From positions 318,591-382,590 of the forward strand of contig CAVPSB010000015.1 in assembly GCA_963708025.1 (NCBI GenBank): a stretch of DNA of 64,000 nt. The letters are read 5' to 3'. Source of the stretch: an uncultured Candidatus Rokubacteria bacterium (GTDB lineage: Bacteria > Methylomirabilota > Methylomirabilia > Rokubacteriales > DASRDR01). The position numbers and the translations under genes were made by a program. The notes beneath the pieces are model-generated. The model was given only the letters and a program-made list of their open reading frames with translations, was not told where the DNA came from and ran no database searches. Shown here piece by piece: positions 36,450 to 47,072 of the stretch (its first letter is position 1; every line of letters begins with the position of its first letter).

Positions 36450-38294
36450 ATGATTCCAAGAGGAGATGTTGGAGATATTCTCGAGGCCTTTGACAATGGA
36501 GCGATAGAACAGTCTATTCCCTCACGCTTCGAACAGCAGGTTGCCCGCTATCCTGACCGCATCGCCGTAGTGAGCGGCGAGACCCGTTTGACGTACACCG
36601 AACTGAATCAAGCGGCGAACCGCATTGCTCACATCATCTTGGCCCGTCTCGGGTCGGGGGACGAGACGGTCGCGCTTCTCTTTCAACCGGGGGCATCGAT
36701 CATCGCAGCGATTTTAGGGGCTCTCAAGGCCGGCAAGATCTCTGTCGCCTTGGATCCCTCGTATCCTCAGGCACGAACCGCCTACATGCTGGAAAATTGC
36801 GAAGCCAGGCTGTTCCTTACCGACTCGAAGCATCTCTCAATGGCCCAGCAGTCGGCACAGAATGGCCAAGAAGTGTTTAACTGTGACGTCATCGATGCCA
36901 GTGTTGCCGCCGGGAACCTGGACGTGTCACTTTCCGGCGAGACAGCTGCCATCATACTCTACACTTCAGGATCGACGGGAAATCCCAAAGGAGTGCTTCA
37001 CAACCATCGCAATGTCCTCGTTGAAGTGAGAAACTATACCAAGGACGTGCGGATCCGTCCTGAAGACCGGCTGGCAGTGTGGCATTCATTTAGCTTTGCG
37101 AATTCCATTCGGAATCTATATGGCGCTCTGCTGAACGGCGCTACCGTCTTTCCCTACGATCTTTCCGGTCAAGGTGTGATGCCACTGGCGGACTGGATTC
37201 GGAAGAACGAGATCACCATGATTCATACTTTGGCAACGACGTTTCGCGCGTTCGTTGACACTCTATCAGCCGACACCACGTTTCCGTCGTTGCGAGTACT
37301 ACGGTTAGGCGGCGAACCCATCAACGGAGACGATGTAAGAAGCTTCCAGCGTCATTTCTCTCCTCACTGCGTCCTAATGCACGTGATGGGTCCGACGGAG
37401 ACCTTGAGCATTCGACGTCACTTCATCGGCCATGATTGGGACGGTGACAAGGCCAAGCTACCGGTGGGCTACGCGGTTCCTGATAAACGGGTGCTCCTCT
37501 TGGATGAAACTGGTCGCCGCGTGGGCCCCGATGAGATCGGCGAGATTGCAGTGCAAAGCAAGTATCTGGCGGTCGGTTACTGGCGGCAACCTCAACTCAC
37601 ACAGGCGGCGTTTATCCCTGATCCCAAGGGTGGTGAGGAACGGCTATATCTCACGGGCGATCTCGGCGTGATGCATCCCGACGGTTGCTTGATCCACATG
37701 GGGCGCAAGGACTTTCAAGTGAAGATTCGTGGTCACAGAATTGAAGTCGGTGAAATCGAAACGGCGCTTTCAGAGTTCGACTCCGTCAAAGCAGCGGTCG
37801 TGCACGCGCAGCCAGACGGTAACGGGGAGCAGCGACTCGTCGCCTATATCGTAGCCGCTTCGGGCAGCGTTGTAACGGCAAACGAGCTCCGGCGTGGATT
37901 GGCTCAAACCCTGCCGGACTTCATGATGCCTTCGATCTTCGTGTTTCTCGAGGAGTTCCCACTCTTGCCCAATGGCAAGATCAATCGGCGAGCCTTGCCG
38001 GTACCAACCCCCGCGCGTCCGGTACTGCCGGTGCCCTACGCCACGCCCCGGAATCCCATCGAGTCAGCCCTGGTAGCCATATGGATGGAAGTTCTCAAGC
38101 TGGAAAAGGTGGGCATCCACGATCGATCTCTCGATCTCGGCGGTGATTCTCTGCGTGCCACCCGTATTCTCAATCGCACCCGTGACTCATTCACAGTAGA
38201 GTTGTCTTTTGGCGATCTCTTGAAGACCGAGAGCATAGCTCAAATGGCGGACTTGATTGCGTCAGTGAAAGCAGTTGCTTCGAGCGGAGGGTAG
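36450..38294 (+). CDS. Stand-alone NRPS-like adenylation-thiolation didomain
   Basis: YTSGSTGNPKGV, GPTE, YLTGDLG, GRKDFQVKIRG, NGKINR, carrier motif LGGDSL. Confidence 0.92.
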   Translation: MIPRGDVGDILEAFDNGAIEQSIPSRFEQQVARYPDRIAVVSGETRLTYTELNQAANRIAHIILARLGSGDETVALLFQPGASIIAAILGALKAGKISVALDPSYPQARTAYMLENCEARLFLTDSKHLSMAQQSAQNGQEVFNCDVIDASVAAGNLDVSLSGETAAIILYTSGSTGNPKGVLHNHRNVLVEVRNYTKDVRIRPEDRLAVWHSFSFANSIRNLYGALLNGATVFPYDLSGQGVMPLADWIRKNEITMIHTLATTFRAFVDTLSADTTFPSLRVLRLGGEPINGDDVRSFQRHFSPHCVLMHVMGPTETLSIRRHFIGHDWDGDKAKLPVGYAVPDKRVLLLDETGRRVGPDEIGEIAVQSKYLAVGYWRQPQLTQAAFIPDPKGGEERLYLTGDLGVMHPDGCLIHMGRKDFQVKIRGHRIEVGEIETALSEFDSVKAAVVHAQPDGNGEQRLVAYIVAASGSVVTANELRRGLAQTLPDFMMPSIFVFLEEFPLLPNGKINRRALPVPTPARPVLPVPYATPRNPIESALVAIWMEVLKLEKVGIHDRSLDLGGDSLRATRILNRTRDSFTVELSFGDLLKTESIAQMADLIASVKAVASSGG

Positions 38295-38545
38295 GGGTAG
38301 TCAACATGATGCCTCTCCTTCACGGCCGTCGTCCCCGTCCTCCGGGGGGGCTGGCGGTCGAAGCCCCCTTCGGCCCGATCGTGCGTGGCCGGCGCGGGCT
38401 GTGTCAAAGCGCGTCTCGATCGCCGAGGACGGCCAACGGATCGCCGACCTGCTGAGCACGGTGCTACACCAGGCGGAGCGGCCCGCTGAACCGCCGGGGA
38501 TCGCTGTTCGCCGCATCGGGGGTCGTGCGAGACCCGCGGCTGAAG

Positions 38546-39355
38546 CTACCGCAGGCCACCGGCGGTGAGGCCGCGGACCATCTGGCGCTGGACGAGGAAG
38601 ACGAAGGCGAGGACGGGGAGGGTGATCAGCAGGGCGGCGGCCGAGACGGCGCCCCAGTTGTACTCCTCGAAGGAGATGAAGTTGAAGACGGCGACGGGTG
38701 CCGTCTTGAGCTTGGTCCCGGTGAGGACCAGGGCGAACAGGAAGTTGTTCCAGGACGTCGTGAAGCCCAGGATGGCCGTGGCCACGATCCCGGGGCGGAC
38801 GAGCGGCAGGGCGATGCGCGCGAAGGCGCCGAGCCGGGAGCAGCCGTCGAGCCAGGCGGCCTCCTCGAGCTCGCGCGGCACGTCCTCGAAGTAGCCGATC
38901 ATGACCCCCACGCAGAGCGGCAGCGTGAAGACCAGGTGGGTGGCGATGAGGGGCGGGTAGGTGTCGATGAGCCCGAGCGTCCGCGTGATGACGTACCAGG
39001 GGAGGATGCAGCTCACGTAGGGCACCATGCGGGCGCACAGGATCAGGAACGCAAGGCGCCCCTGGCGGTGCCGGGCGATGGAGTAGGCGGCGGGGAGCCC
39101 CAGCGCGAACCCGAGCAGCGTCGCCCCGAGCCCGATCACCGTGCTGTTCACGATGTAGCGCGCGAAGGCGTGGGTGCCGAGGACGGCCTCGAAGTTCTTC
39201 CAGGTGGGCGTGAAGAGCCAGACGGGCGGAAAGGCCGTGATCTGGGCCTCCGTCTTGATGGCGTTCGTGCCCATCACGACGAAGGGGAAGAGGAAGAAGG
39301 CGAGGATGCCGGCCAGCCCGAGGTAGTAGAGGCCGCCGGGGCGCCGCCTCATCAC
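38546..39355 (-). CDS. Carbohydrate ABC permease
   Basis: ELEEAAWLDGC, SWNNF, GLTAGG. Confidence 0.92.
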   Translation of the reverse strand: MMRRRPGGLYYLGLAGILAFFLFPFVVMGTNAIKTEAQITAFPPVWLFTPTWKNFEAVLGTHAFARYIVNSTVIGLGATLLGFALGLPAAYSIARHRQGRLAFLILCARMVPYVSCILPWYVITRTLGLIDTYPPLIATHLVFTLPLCVGVMIGYFEDVPRELEEAAWLDGCSRLGAFARIALPLVRPGIVATAILGFTTSWNNFLFALVLTGTKLKTAPVAVFNFISFEEYNWGAVSAAALLITLPVLAFVFLVQRQMVRGLTAGGLR

Positions 39356-39500
39356 CCGCTCTCAGTCGGGCCGGGGGGAGCTGCGCGCTCCATTGGATCG
39401 CCGCGACGCCTCCGGACGTCGCGCCCCTCCGGGCGCCCCGAGCCCCCCCTCCAGCTGTTCCGTCGCTTGCGCATCGTCGGCGATTGCCTCGCAGGTTCTC

Positions 39501-40472
39501 TCAGTACGACCAGGCGCGGCGCCGGGCCTGGAGGAGCACGAGGCTCAGCGCCATGATGACCAGCAGGAGCACGACGGCCAGCGCGGAGCCGTACCCCATC
39601 TGGAAGTAGACCATCCCGACCTGGTACGTGTAGAGGTTGAGCGTCTCGGTGGCGTCGGCCGGCCCACCCTGGGTGATCACGTAGATGAGGTCGAACGTCT
39701 TCAGCAGCAGGATGACCCGGAACACGGCCGCCATGACCAGGTGGGGGCGGATCAGGGGGAGCTGGATGCGCCGCACGAGTCGGAGCCCCTTCGCCCCGTC
39801 GAGGGCGGCGGCCTCCAGGATCTCGGCGGGGATGGTCTGGAGCCCCGCCAGGAGCAGCAGCACGACCATCGGGGTCCACTGCCAGACGTCCACGAGCACC
39901 AGGGAGGGCAGGGCGGTCAGGGGATCGCTCGCCCACAAGAGCGGCGGGAGCCCGACCAGCGACAGCACGTAGTTCAGCATCCCGAGCGTCGGGTTGAACA
40001 TCATCGCCCAGACGAGCGCGATCGCCACCGGCGTCACGCTGAGGGGCAGGAGCAGGACGGTGCGCACCAGGCCGCTGCCGGCGAACTCGCGGTTCAGGTA
40101 GAGCGCGATGCCGAGCCCCAGGAGCAGCTCCAGCCCGAGGGCCAGGCCGGTGAAGTAGAAGGTCACCCAGGCCGCGTGCCACACGCGAGGATCGGCCAGC
40201 AGCGCGGCGTAGTTGGCGAGCCCCACGAAGCGGGGTGGCGCCGGGCTTCCCAGATACCACGAGGTCAGGCTGACCCAGAGGGCGTAGGCGAGTGGCCCGG
40301 CCAGGACGACCAGCAGCGCGAGGACGGCGGGCAACGGCAAGAGCCAGGCGAGGCGCTGGTCGACCCAGGACAGGACGCGGTCGGCGACCCCCGGCGGGCC
40401 GGCCCGGGCGCTGACCGGCTCGACGCGTGGCCCCGTCAGAGCCCCGGCGCCGTGCGCCCTACTCGGTCGCAT
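39501..40472 (-). CDS. Carbohydrate ABC permease (start uncertain)
   Basis: FVGLANY, WQWTP, EAAALDGA, TQGGP. Confidence 0.9.
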   Translation of the reverse strand: MRPSRAHGAGALTGPRVEPVSARAGPPGVADRVLSWVDQRLAWLLPLPAVLALLVVLAGPLAYALWVSLTSWYLGSPAPPRFVGLANYAALLADPRVWHAAWVTFYFTGLALGLELLLGLGIALYLNREFAGSGLVRTVLLLPLSVTPVAIALVWAMMFNPTLGMLNYVLSLVGLPPLLWASDPLTALPSLVLVDVWQWTPMVVLLLLAGLQTIPAEILEAAALDGAKGLRLVRRIQLPLIRPHLVMAAVFRVILLLKTFDLIYVITQGGPADATETLNLYTYQVGMVYFQMGYGSALAVVLLLVIMALSLVLLQARRRAWSY

Positions 40473-41811
40473 CCATGATTTTCTTCATCTCCGCCGCGGC
40501 GCGCTCGGCGGCCGCCTTGACGTCCTGCCCGAGGATCGAAGCCTGGATCGCCGCGCCGATCGCGTCGCGCACCTCGCCGACGGCGACCACGGGCGGCACG
40601 TTGAAGGGCTTGCCGGTCCGGATCCCTTCCAGGGTCGCCCCTGACCAGTCGGGGTGCCTGTCCTGGCTCTTGAAGCGAGGGTCGTTCCAGGACGACTGGC
40701 GCGGCGACGCCGAGCCGGCGACCAGGATCTGGGTCAGGTTCTCCTTGCTGGTTGCCCACTGGACGAACAGCCAGGCGGCCTCCTTGACCCGCGACTGCTT
40801 GAGGATCATCCAGGAGGTCACCGGGAGCATGGGCACGCGACGCCCGTCCGGCCCGACGGGGATGAGGGAGTACCCGACCTTGCCCGCCACCTGCGACTTC
40901 GTCGGGTCCTCGATCCGGGCGGCGAGGATGTTGATGTCGGTGAACATCGCCGCGCGCCCCTGCATGAAGAGGGCGCTCGCCTCCGGGAAGCCGTAGTTGA
41001 GCACGCCTGGCGGGCCGTAGAGGCGGAGCATCCGCCCGTAGAAGTCGATGGCCCGGACCGCGGCCGGGCTGCCGATCGCCGGCTGCCGCCGGTCGTCCAG
41101 CCAGGCGCCGCCGAAGTTGTAGAGATAGTAGGAGAGCTGGGTGACCGCCTCGGCCTTCTTGCCCCGGAACACCACGCCGTAGAGGTCCTTCTGCCCGTCG
41201 GCCAGCGCCCCCTCGCGGACGCGCTTCGCGGCCTGTTCCATCTCCTCCAGGGTCTCGGGCGGCTTGACGCCGTACTTCTGGAACAGGTCCTTCCGGTAGT
41301 AGAGGAGGTGGGTCTGCGGCGAGAACGGGACGGCCACCAGCCGCCCCTCCATCTTCCCGATCTCCCAGGGGCCGGTGAGGAAGTCGGCCGCGTCGAACTC
41401 GGGGCTGGTCAGCTCGGGGTTGCCGAGGAGTCCGTCCAGCGGCTCCAGCCAGCCCGCCTTCCAGAACCGGAGCGCGATCTGCATCGGCAGGTCGGCCACG
41501 ACGTCGAGCGTCCCCGCGCCGGCGGTGGCCTCGAGCAGCGTCTTCTGGCGGAGCTGGGCGTCGGGGAACGTCTCCAGCGTGACCTTGACGCCGGTCAGCT
41601 GCTCGAACTGCGGGAGCCACGCCTTGATCCGGTCGAGCTGGGGGATGATCGGGGCAAAGACCCGGACCTGCGCGCCCGCATGGCGCTTCCAGTTGAAGCC
41701 CTGGGCCGGCGCCGGCCGGGGCCACACGCCCGCGAGTCCCACCAGGAGCACGACCACCGCTACCCCGGCCAGCGCGACCCGCCCACGACTCGCTCGGCTC
41801 TGTCGCCTCAT
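40459..41811 (-). CDS. Sugar ABC substrate-binding protein
   Basis: Signal peptide, YYRKDL, FMQGRAAM, AWLFVQWAT. Confidence 0.9.
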   Translation of the reverse strand: MRRQSRASRGRVALAGVAVVVLLVGLAGVWPRPAPAQGFNWKRHAGAQVRVFAPIIPQLDRIKAWLPQFEQLTGVKVTLETFPDAQLRQKTLLEATAGAGTLDVVADLPMQIALRFWKAGWLEPLDGLLGNPELTSPEFDAADFLTGPWEIGKMEGRLVAVPFSPQTHLLYYRKDLFQKYGVKPPETLEEMEQAAKRVREGALADGQKDLYGVVFRGKKAEAVTQLSYYLYNFGGAWLDDRRQPAIGSPAAVRAIDFYGRMLRLYGPPGVLNYGFPEASALFMQGRAAMFTDINILAARIEDPTKSQVAGKVGYSLIPVGPDGRRVPMLPVTSWMILKQSRVKEAAWLFVQWATSKENLTQILVAGSASPRQSSWNDPRFKSQDRHPDWSGATLEGIRTGKPFNVPPVVAVGEVRDAIGAAIQASILGQDVKAAAERAAAEMKKIMDATE

Positions 41812-41823
41812 GTGCGCACCTCG

Positions 41824-42365
41824 TCACGCCCGGTCGTCAGACCGACCGGTCAGGATGGCGATCACCTGGGGGACGGCCGCCTCCGCCCGCTTGCGGAGGT
41901 CGGCCGGGGTCAGGCTCCCCACCGGGTGCGGGACGACGGCGAAGCGGATAGTCCGGGTTCCCGGAGATGGCGGCCTGGGCCCGTGCCGTGGGGATGAACT
42001 CCTCGGTGCAGATCACCACGGCCGGCACGCCCAGCCCGTCCAGCGCGATCCCGTCGTGCAGACTGCACGAGCTGCACGACCCTCAGTCGCCGATGGCGGT
42101 CACCACCGCGTCGCACCGCGGGCCAGCTCCTCGCAGGATCTCGGCGTCGGCGACGCGCGAGGCGTTCGGCTTCACGCGCACGACGACCTCGCGCACGCGG
42201 TATCGCGCCTCCAGCCCCTCCCGGACGAGGTCCAGGAGGCGGTCGGCGTTGACCTTGCCGTTCGGCGAGGAGCCCGAGCACCTTGCCGTCGAGCGCGGAC
42301 AGGCGAGGCGCGAGCGCGGCCTCGGCGTGGTCGGGCGGGACCGTGGGGTCGAGGATCTTGATCAT
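41824..42365 (-). CDS. UGSC-family probable selenoprotein; ~3 frameshifts
   Basis: AIGD-TGA-GSCSSCSLHD with TGA at 42083-42085; ILDPT N-terminus, VPHPVG. Confidence 0.8.
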
Positions 42366-42446
42366 TTGTCTCCTCCCGTCACCCCCCAACCCCCCTCCCC
42401 ACCCACCGGGGCGAGGGGGGCTTCGGAGGGACAGCTCCGAATGCAC

Positions 42447-43473
42447 TCAGCGGATCGGGCGGGTCACGACGAGGCTGTTCCGGTCGCGGCTCCAGGACGG
42501 GATGAAGGCCGAGTGGCCGCCCGCCCCGCCGCCCCCGACGGCGATGAAGATGTCCTCCGGACCCTCGCCCCGATGGACGACGCGCGTCTCGTCGCCCGGC
42601 TCGATCGGCCCCGGGACCTTGCCCGCGCGCTTGAGCTCCGCCATCGTCCGGCGGGCGCGCTCGTAGAGGGCGCCCCGGAGCCGGCCCTTCGTCCACCCGT
42701 CACGGGCGAGGAGCCGGACGTGCTCGGGGGCCAGGACGAGGAACGACTGGCCGGGGCTGAAGCTGCCGAGGCCGGCCATGGCGTCCGCCAGCGTGACCAC
42801 GATCGCCTCCGCGTCGTGCCCGTAGTGCGTCAGCACGTTGTGCGGCCCCTCGGCGGCGAACACGGTCACCGTGCTCGTGTCCCGCGGGAAGCCGCGCTCG
42901 ACGTGGAGCGGCTCCCAGGGGCTTTCCTCCTCGAGCTCCGCGATGCAGAAGGTGTACTTCCCGGGATGCCCCTGCGTCGAGCGATCGAGGACGCCCGGCT
43001 GAGCGCCCGAGGCAGTTCAGGATCACGAGCCGGAGGGCTCGCCCGATCGTCGCGTTGGCCCGCCACCCCGGGCCGAAGCAGTTCACCCCGGCGTTGATCC
43101 CGAGGGCCCGGCGGACGGGGCCGTTGACCACGAGGAACGACGCCGAGCCTCCCGTGCTCGTGATCGCGCCGTGCAGGTTGTACGCAGGATCGCCCATCGC
43201 CTCGAGCGCCGCCAGGACGACCGGCATGTACGTGGGCCGGCAGCCGGCCAGGACGGCGTTGATCGCGACCTTCTCGACGGTGACGGTGCGGCGGCGGGTC
43301 GGCTCCCGGACGACGACCTCGTCCGGCTCGCGTCCCGCGGCCTCGACGAAGCGGCGGACGGCGTCCTCGGTGGCGGGGACCACCGGCAGGCCGTCGGCCC
43401 AGCCCCGCTCGAAGCACGTCTCGACCGCCTCCAGCCAGCCGGGGACCTCGACCTGGGCCGACGTGAGCCGCAT
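42447..43473 (-). CDS. Uncharacterised partner of UGSC proteins (GWxDGLP family); frameshift near 43005
   Basis: GWADGLPVVP, EKVAINAVLAGCRP, RANATIGRA, GHPGKY, PWEPLHV. Confidence 0.78.
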
Positions 43474-43508
43474 GCCCGCCCCTCCTCCGTTCGCCTCTCG
43501 GCCAGCCC

Positions 43509-43583
43509 CGAATACTATGCGGCCGGGGAGGGTGTCAAGCCGGGCCGCGCGCTCTTGACGGGTGCCCGCCGCGGTGCTATTCC
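43509..43583. promoter_or_regulatory. Back-to-back divergent sigma70 promoters
   Basis: Plus strand TTGACG(43555)-17 nt-TATTCC with TG extension; minus strand TTGACA at 43538-43533. Confidence 0.55.
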
Positions 43584-43601
43584 GGCGGGCGTGACCCGAC
43601 G

Positions 43602-44536
43602 ATGACGTTGACGCGGTCGGCGGCCGCTCCGGCGGTGGCGGGCGCCCGAGCCCGCCGTCCACTGCGCTGGCGGGAGGAGAGCCGCTTCGCGTGGCTGAGC
43701 CTGGCCCCCGCACTCGCCTTCTTCGCCCTGTTCGTGGGGTTCCCGGTCGACGTACGCGTTCTACCTGTCGTTCCACGAGTGGAACCTGATGTCGCCGGCC
43801 CCCGAGTGGGTCGGGCTCGCCAACTACCGGGAGCTCGTCGGGGACCGCGACTTTCGCCCGAAGCCTCGTCCAGACGGCTCTCTTCACGCTCGGCATCACG
43901 GCCTGCCTCGTGGTGCTCTCCCTGGCCACGGCGCTGCTGCTCGATCAGAAGCTCCGGCACATCCGGCTCTATCGGACGATCTCCTACCTGCCGGCCGTGA
44001 CGTCGGTCGTGGCCATCGGGATCGTCTGGCTGTGGATCTTCGACCCCCAGTTCGGCCTGGTGAACCAGGCCCTCCGGGGTGTCGGTGTCGAGGGTCCGCG
44101 CTGGCTGGCCGACACCGGGCTGGCGCTCTGGTGCCTCGTCATCACGGCGGCCTGGCGGAACGTCGGCTACTTCGCCACGATCTTCCTGGCCGGGCTCCAG
44201 TCCATCGACAGCACGTTCTACGAGGCGGCCCGTATCGACGGGGCCGGGGCGTGGGGGTGCTTCCGTCGGATCACGGTGCCCCTCCTCCGGCCCACCACCC
44301 TGTTCGTGATGGTGGTGTCGGTGATCCTCTCCTTCCAGGTCTTCGCGCTGGTGTATGTCATGACGAGCGGCGGCCCGGCCGGCGCCACCTCGGTGGTCGT
44401 CTTCTACCTCTACCAGCAAGCCTTCACCTACTTCCGGATGGGCTACGCCAGCGCCATCGGCTACGTGCTGTTCGGGGTCATCTTCGTCCTCACCCTGATC
44501 CAGTTCCGCCTCTTCGGGAAGTACGTGGAGCTGTGA
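43602..44536 (+). CDS. Carbohydrate ABC permease; frameshifts near 43750 and 43860
   Basis: WVGLANY, YEAARIDGA, TSGGP, MGYASA. Confidence 0.85.
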
Positions 44537-44631
44537 CGAGGCCGTCGAGGAATGCTTCCGCCTCCCGCACGGATCGGTGTGGTGGGGGGCGTCGGGGGGA
44601 GCGGCGCCGCCCCCCCCGACGGTCAACTGAC

Positions 44632-45465
44632 GTGACCCGGCGGCCGCTCGGGATCCGGTGGCTTCTCCACGCGCTCCTCCTGGGCGGGGTGGTCCTGACC
44701 CTGGCGCCGTACGCCTGGATGGTCTCCTCGTCGTTCAAGCCCCACGCCGAGATCTTCTCGGCGACCCTGGAGCTGATCCCCACGCCGACCGATCCTGCGA
44801 CAACTACGTGGTGGCGGTCACCCGGGAGCCGACGCTCCGCGCCATCCTGAACAGCCTGATCATGGCGGGCGCGGAGACCCTGGCCGTGGTCGTGACCAGC
44901 GTCATCACCGCCTATCCCTTCGCGCGCCTCCGGTTCCGCGGGCGGGACGCGGTGTTCCTCATGGTGCTGGGGACGATGATGATCCCGGCCCAGGTGACCA
45001 TGGTCCCCACGTTCATCCTGCTCCGGTGGCTGGGCTGGATCGACACCTACCAGGGGCTCATCGTGCCGCGGATCGTGACCCCGCTGGGCATCTTCCTGAT
45101 CCGGCAGTTCCTGCTGACGCTCCCGCGGGAGCTGGAGGAGGCGGCCCGGATCGACGGGTGCGGCCGGCTGGCGACGCTGCAGCCGGGTGCTGATGCCGCT
45201 CACCTCGGACCGGCGGTGGCGACGCTCGCCATCTTCACGTTCACGGCATCGTGGAACGAGTTCTTCTGGCCGCTGATCGTCGTCCAGTCGTCGGAGATGC
45301 GGACGATCCAGCTCCTGATCGCGGCCCTCAAGCAGACGGAGGCGGTGGAGTGGGGCGTGGTGATGGCCATCGTGACGCTCTCGGTGCTCCCCACGGTGGC
45401 CATTTACCTCGCCCTCCAGAAGTACTTCGCAGAAGGGCATCGTCATGAGCGGGCTCAAGGGGTGA
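44632..45465 (+). CDS. Carbohydrate ABC permease; several frameshifts
   Basis: ELEEAARIDGC, SWNEFFWPL, SGLKG*. Confidence 0.85.
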
Positions 45466-45497
45466 TCGGGACCGGCGGACCGAGAGGAGACAGCGCC

Positions 45498-46795
45498 ATG
45501 ACACGCACGACGAAGACGACGGCGGTGGGACGACGCACGTTCCTCAGGACGACCGGGGCCGCGGGCGCCGGGCTGGCGCTCGGCGCGATCCCGGGGAGGG
45601 CGCCGGCCCAGACGAAGAAGCACACCGTGAACATCTGGATCCACTTCGCGGGGAAGAACTACGAGATCATCACGCGGCTGATCGACGAGTTCAACCAGGC
45701 CACGCCCGACGTGGAGGTCAAGCACGACGTCCTACGGGCCGACAGGAGATCACGCCGAAGTACCTGGCGGCGGTGGCCGGAGGGGCCCCGCCCGACGTGT
45801 TCCACGCCCCGGGGTACGTGCCGCCGGACTTCGCCGTCAACAAGGTGATCGTCCCGCTGGACGACCTGGTGAAGCTGGATCCGACCACCTACAAGAACTT
45901 CGATGCCATCACCCTCTATGGCGGGCGGCGGTACGGGGTGCCGGTCAACGGCGGCCTCGGGTGCATGCTCTACAACCTGGAGCTCATGGAAAAGGCCGGT
46001 CTCGATCCCCGGAAGCTGCCCGATACCTGGGACGAGCTGCTGGCGGCGGCGACCCGGATGACCAACCCCGCCGAGAACCAGTGGGGCCTGATGCTCGGCA
46101 ACAAGCCCGGCTTCACCACCGCCCAGAACTACTGGGCGTTCCTCACGGGGGCGGGCGGCGAGTTCTTCACCCCCGACGGGAAGGCGAGCGCCTTCAACTC
46201 GGAGGCGGGGCTCGAGACGCTGACCTTCATGGCGGACAACGTGCGGGCGCGGAAGATCTCACCCCAGAAGTCCTACACCGACGTGGAGGCCTGGAACGAC
46301 TGGGGCACGCGGAAGGTCGGCTCGGCGCTCCTCTACCCGGTCTTCACCGCCAACATCCTGGCGACCAAGGTGCGGAGCATGACGGCGCCGCCGCCGAAGA
46401 AGGTCAAGCGCGGGGCCCACTTCGCCGGGAACTACTGGTGCATCTCGGGGCTCAGCAAGAACAAGGAAGCCGTCGCGAAGTTCTGCCAGTGGTGGGTCCA
46501 GCCGGCGGTGAGCGGCCGCTGGGCCGGGGAGAGCGGCGCCATCCCCAACTCGCAGGCGGCGGCCGACCACCCCGGCTACCGCCAGTTCCTCGCCCAGAAC
46601 CCGCTGGGCCAGGCCTTCCTCGACACGATCCCCGACGCGCGGCCGTTCCCCGGCGTGGTCGGGCTCCCGGCGGTGCTCCAGATCGTCTCGGAGATGGTGG
46701 AGTCGGCGGTGATCGGCGGGGTGCCGCCCAAGGAAGCGCTGGCCCGGGCCGCCGGTCGCGCCGATCAGGAGCTGAAGCGCGCCCAGAAGGCCTAG
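45498..46795 (+). CDS. Tat-exported sugar ABC substrate-binding protein; frameshift near 45740
   Basis: GRRTFL Tat motif, PPDV, YNLEL, PDTWDEL. Confidence 0.85.
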
Positions 46796-47017
46796 GGGGC
46801 GGGGCCGATGAGCGTCGCAATGTTCACCTCGGTCGTGACGCGCTCGGCCTGCATCGATCGGACGGCCTTCGGCCTGGGGGCGTCCGTCCCGACCTATGGT
46901 CGTCCTCGGTCGTCGCCGATCCTCGGCGTACTCGGAGTACGCCTTCGGTCGGCGACTCCCTGCGTCTATTGGACGGCCTTCGGCCTTTGGGCGCTGCTCG
47001 CTCCTCGGCCCCGCCCC
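46796..47017 (+). repeat. Family A structured repeat, copy 3
   Basis: Near-identical to 3162-3364 plus an extra hairpin module. Confidence 0.9.
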
Positions 47018-47072
47018 GAGAACCTGACTCATCTGCCATGACGGTGGCGTTTCAAGGAATCTAGATTCGGTA

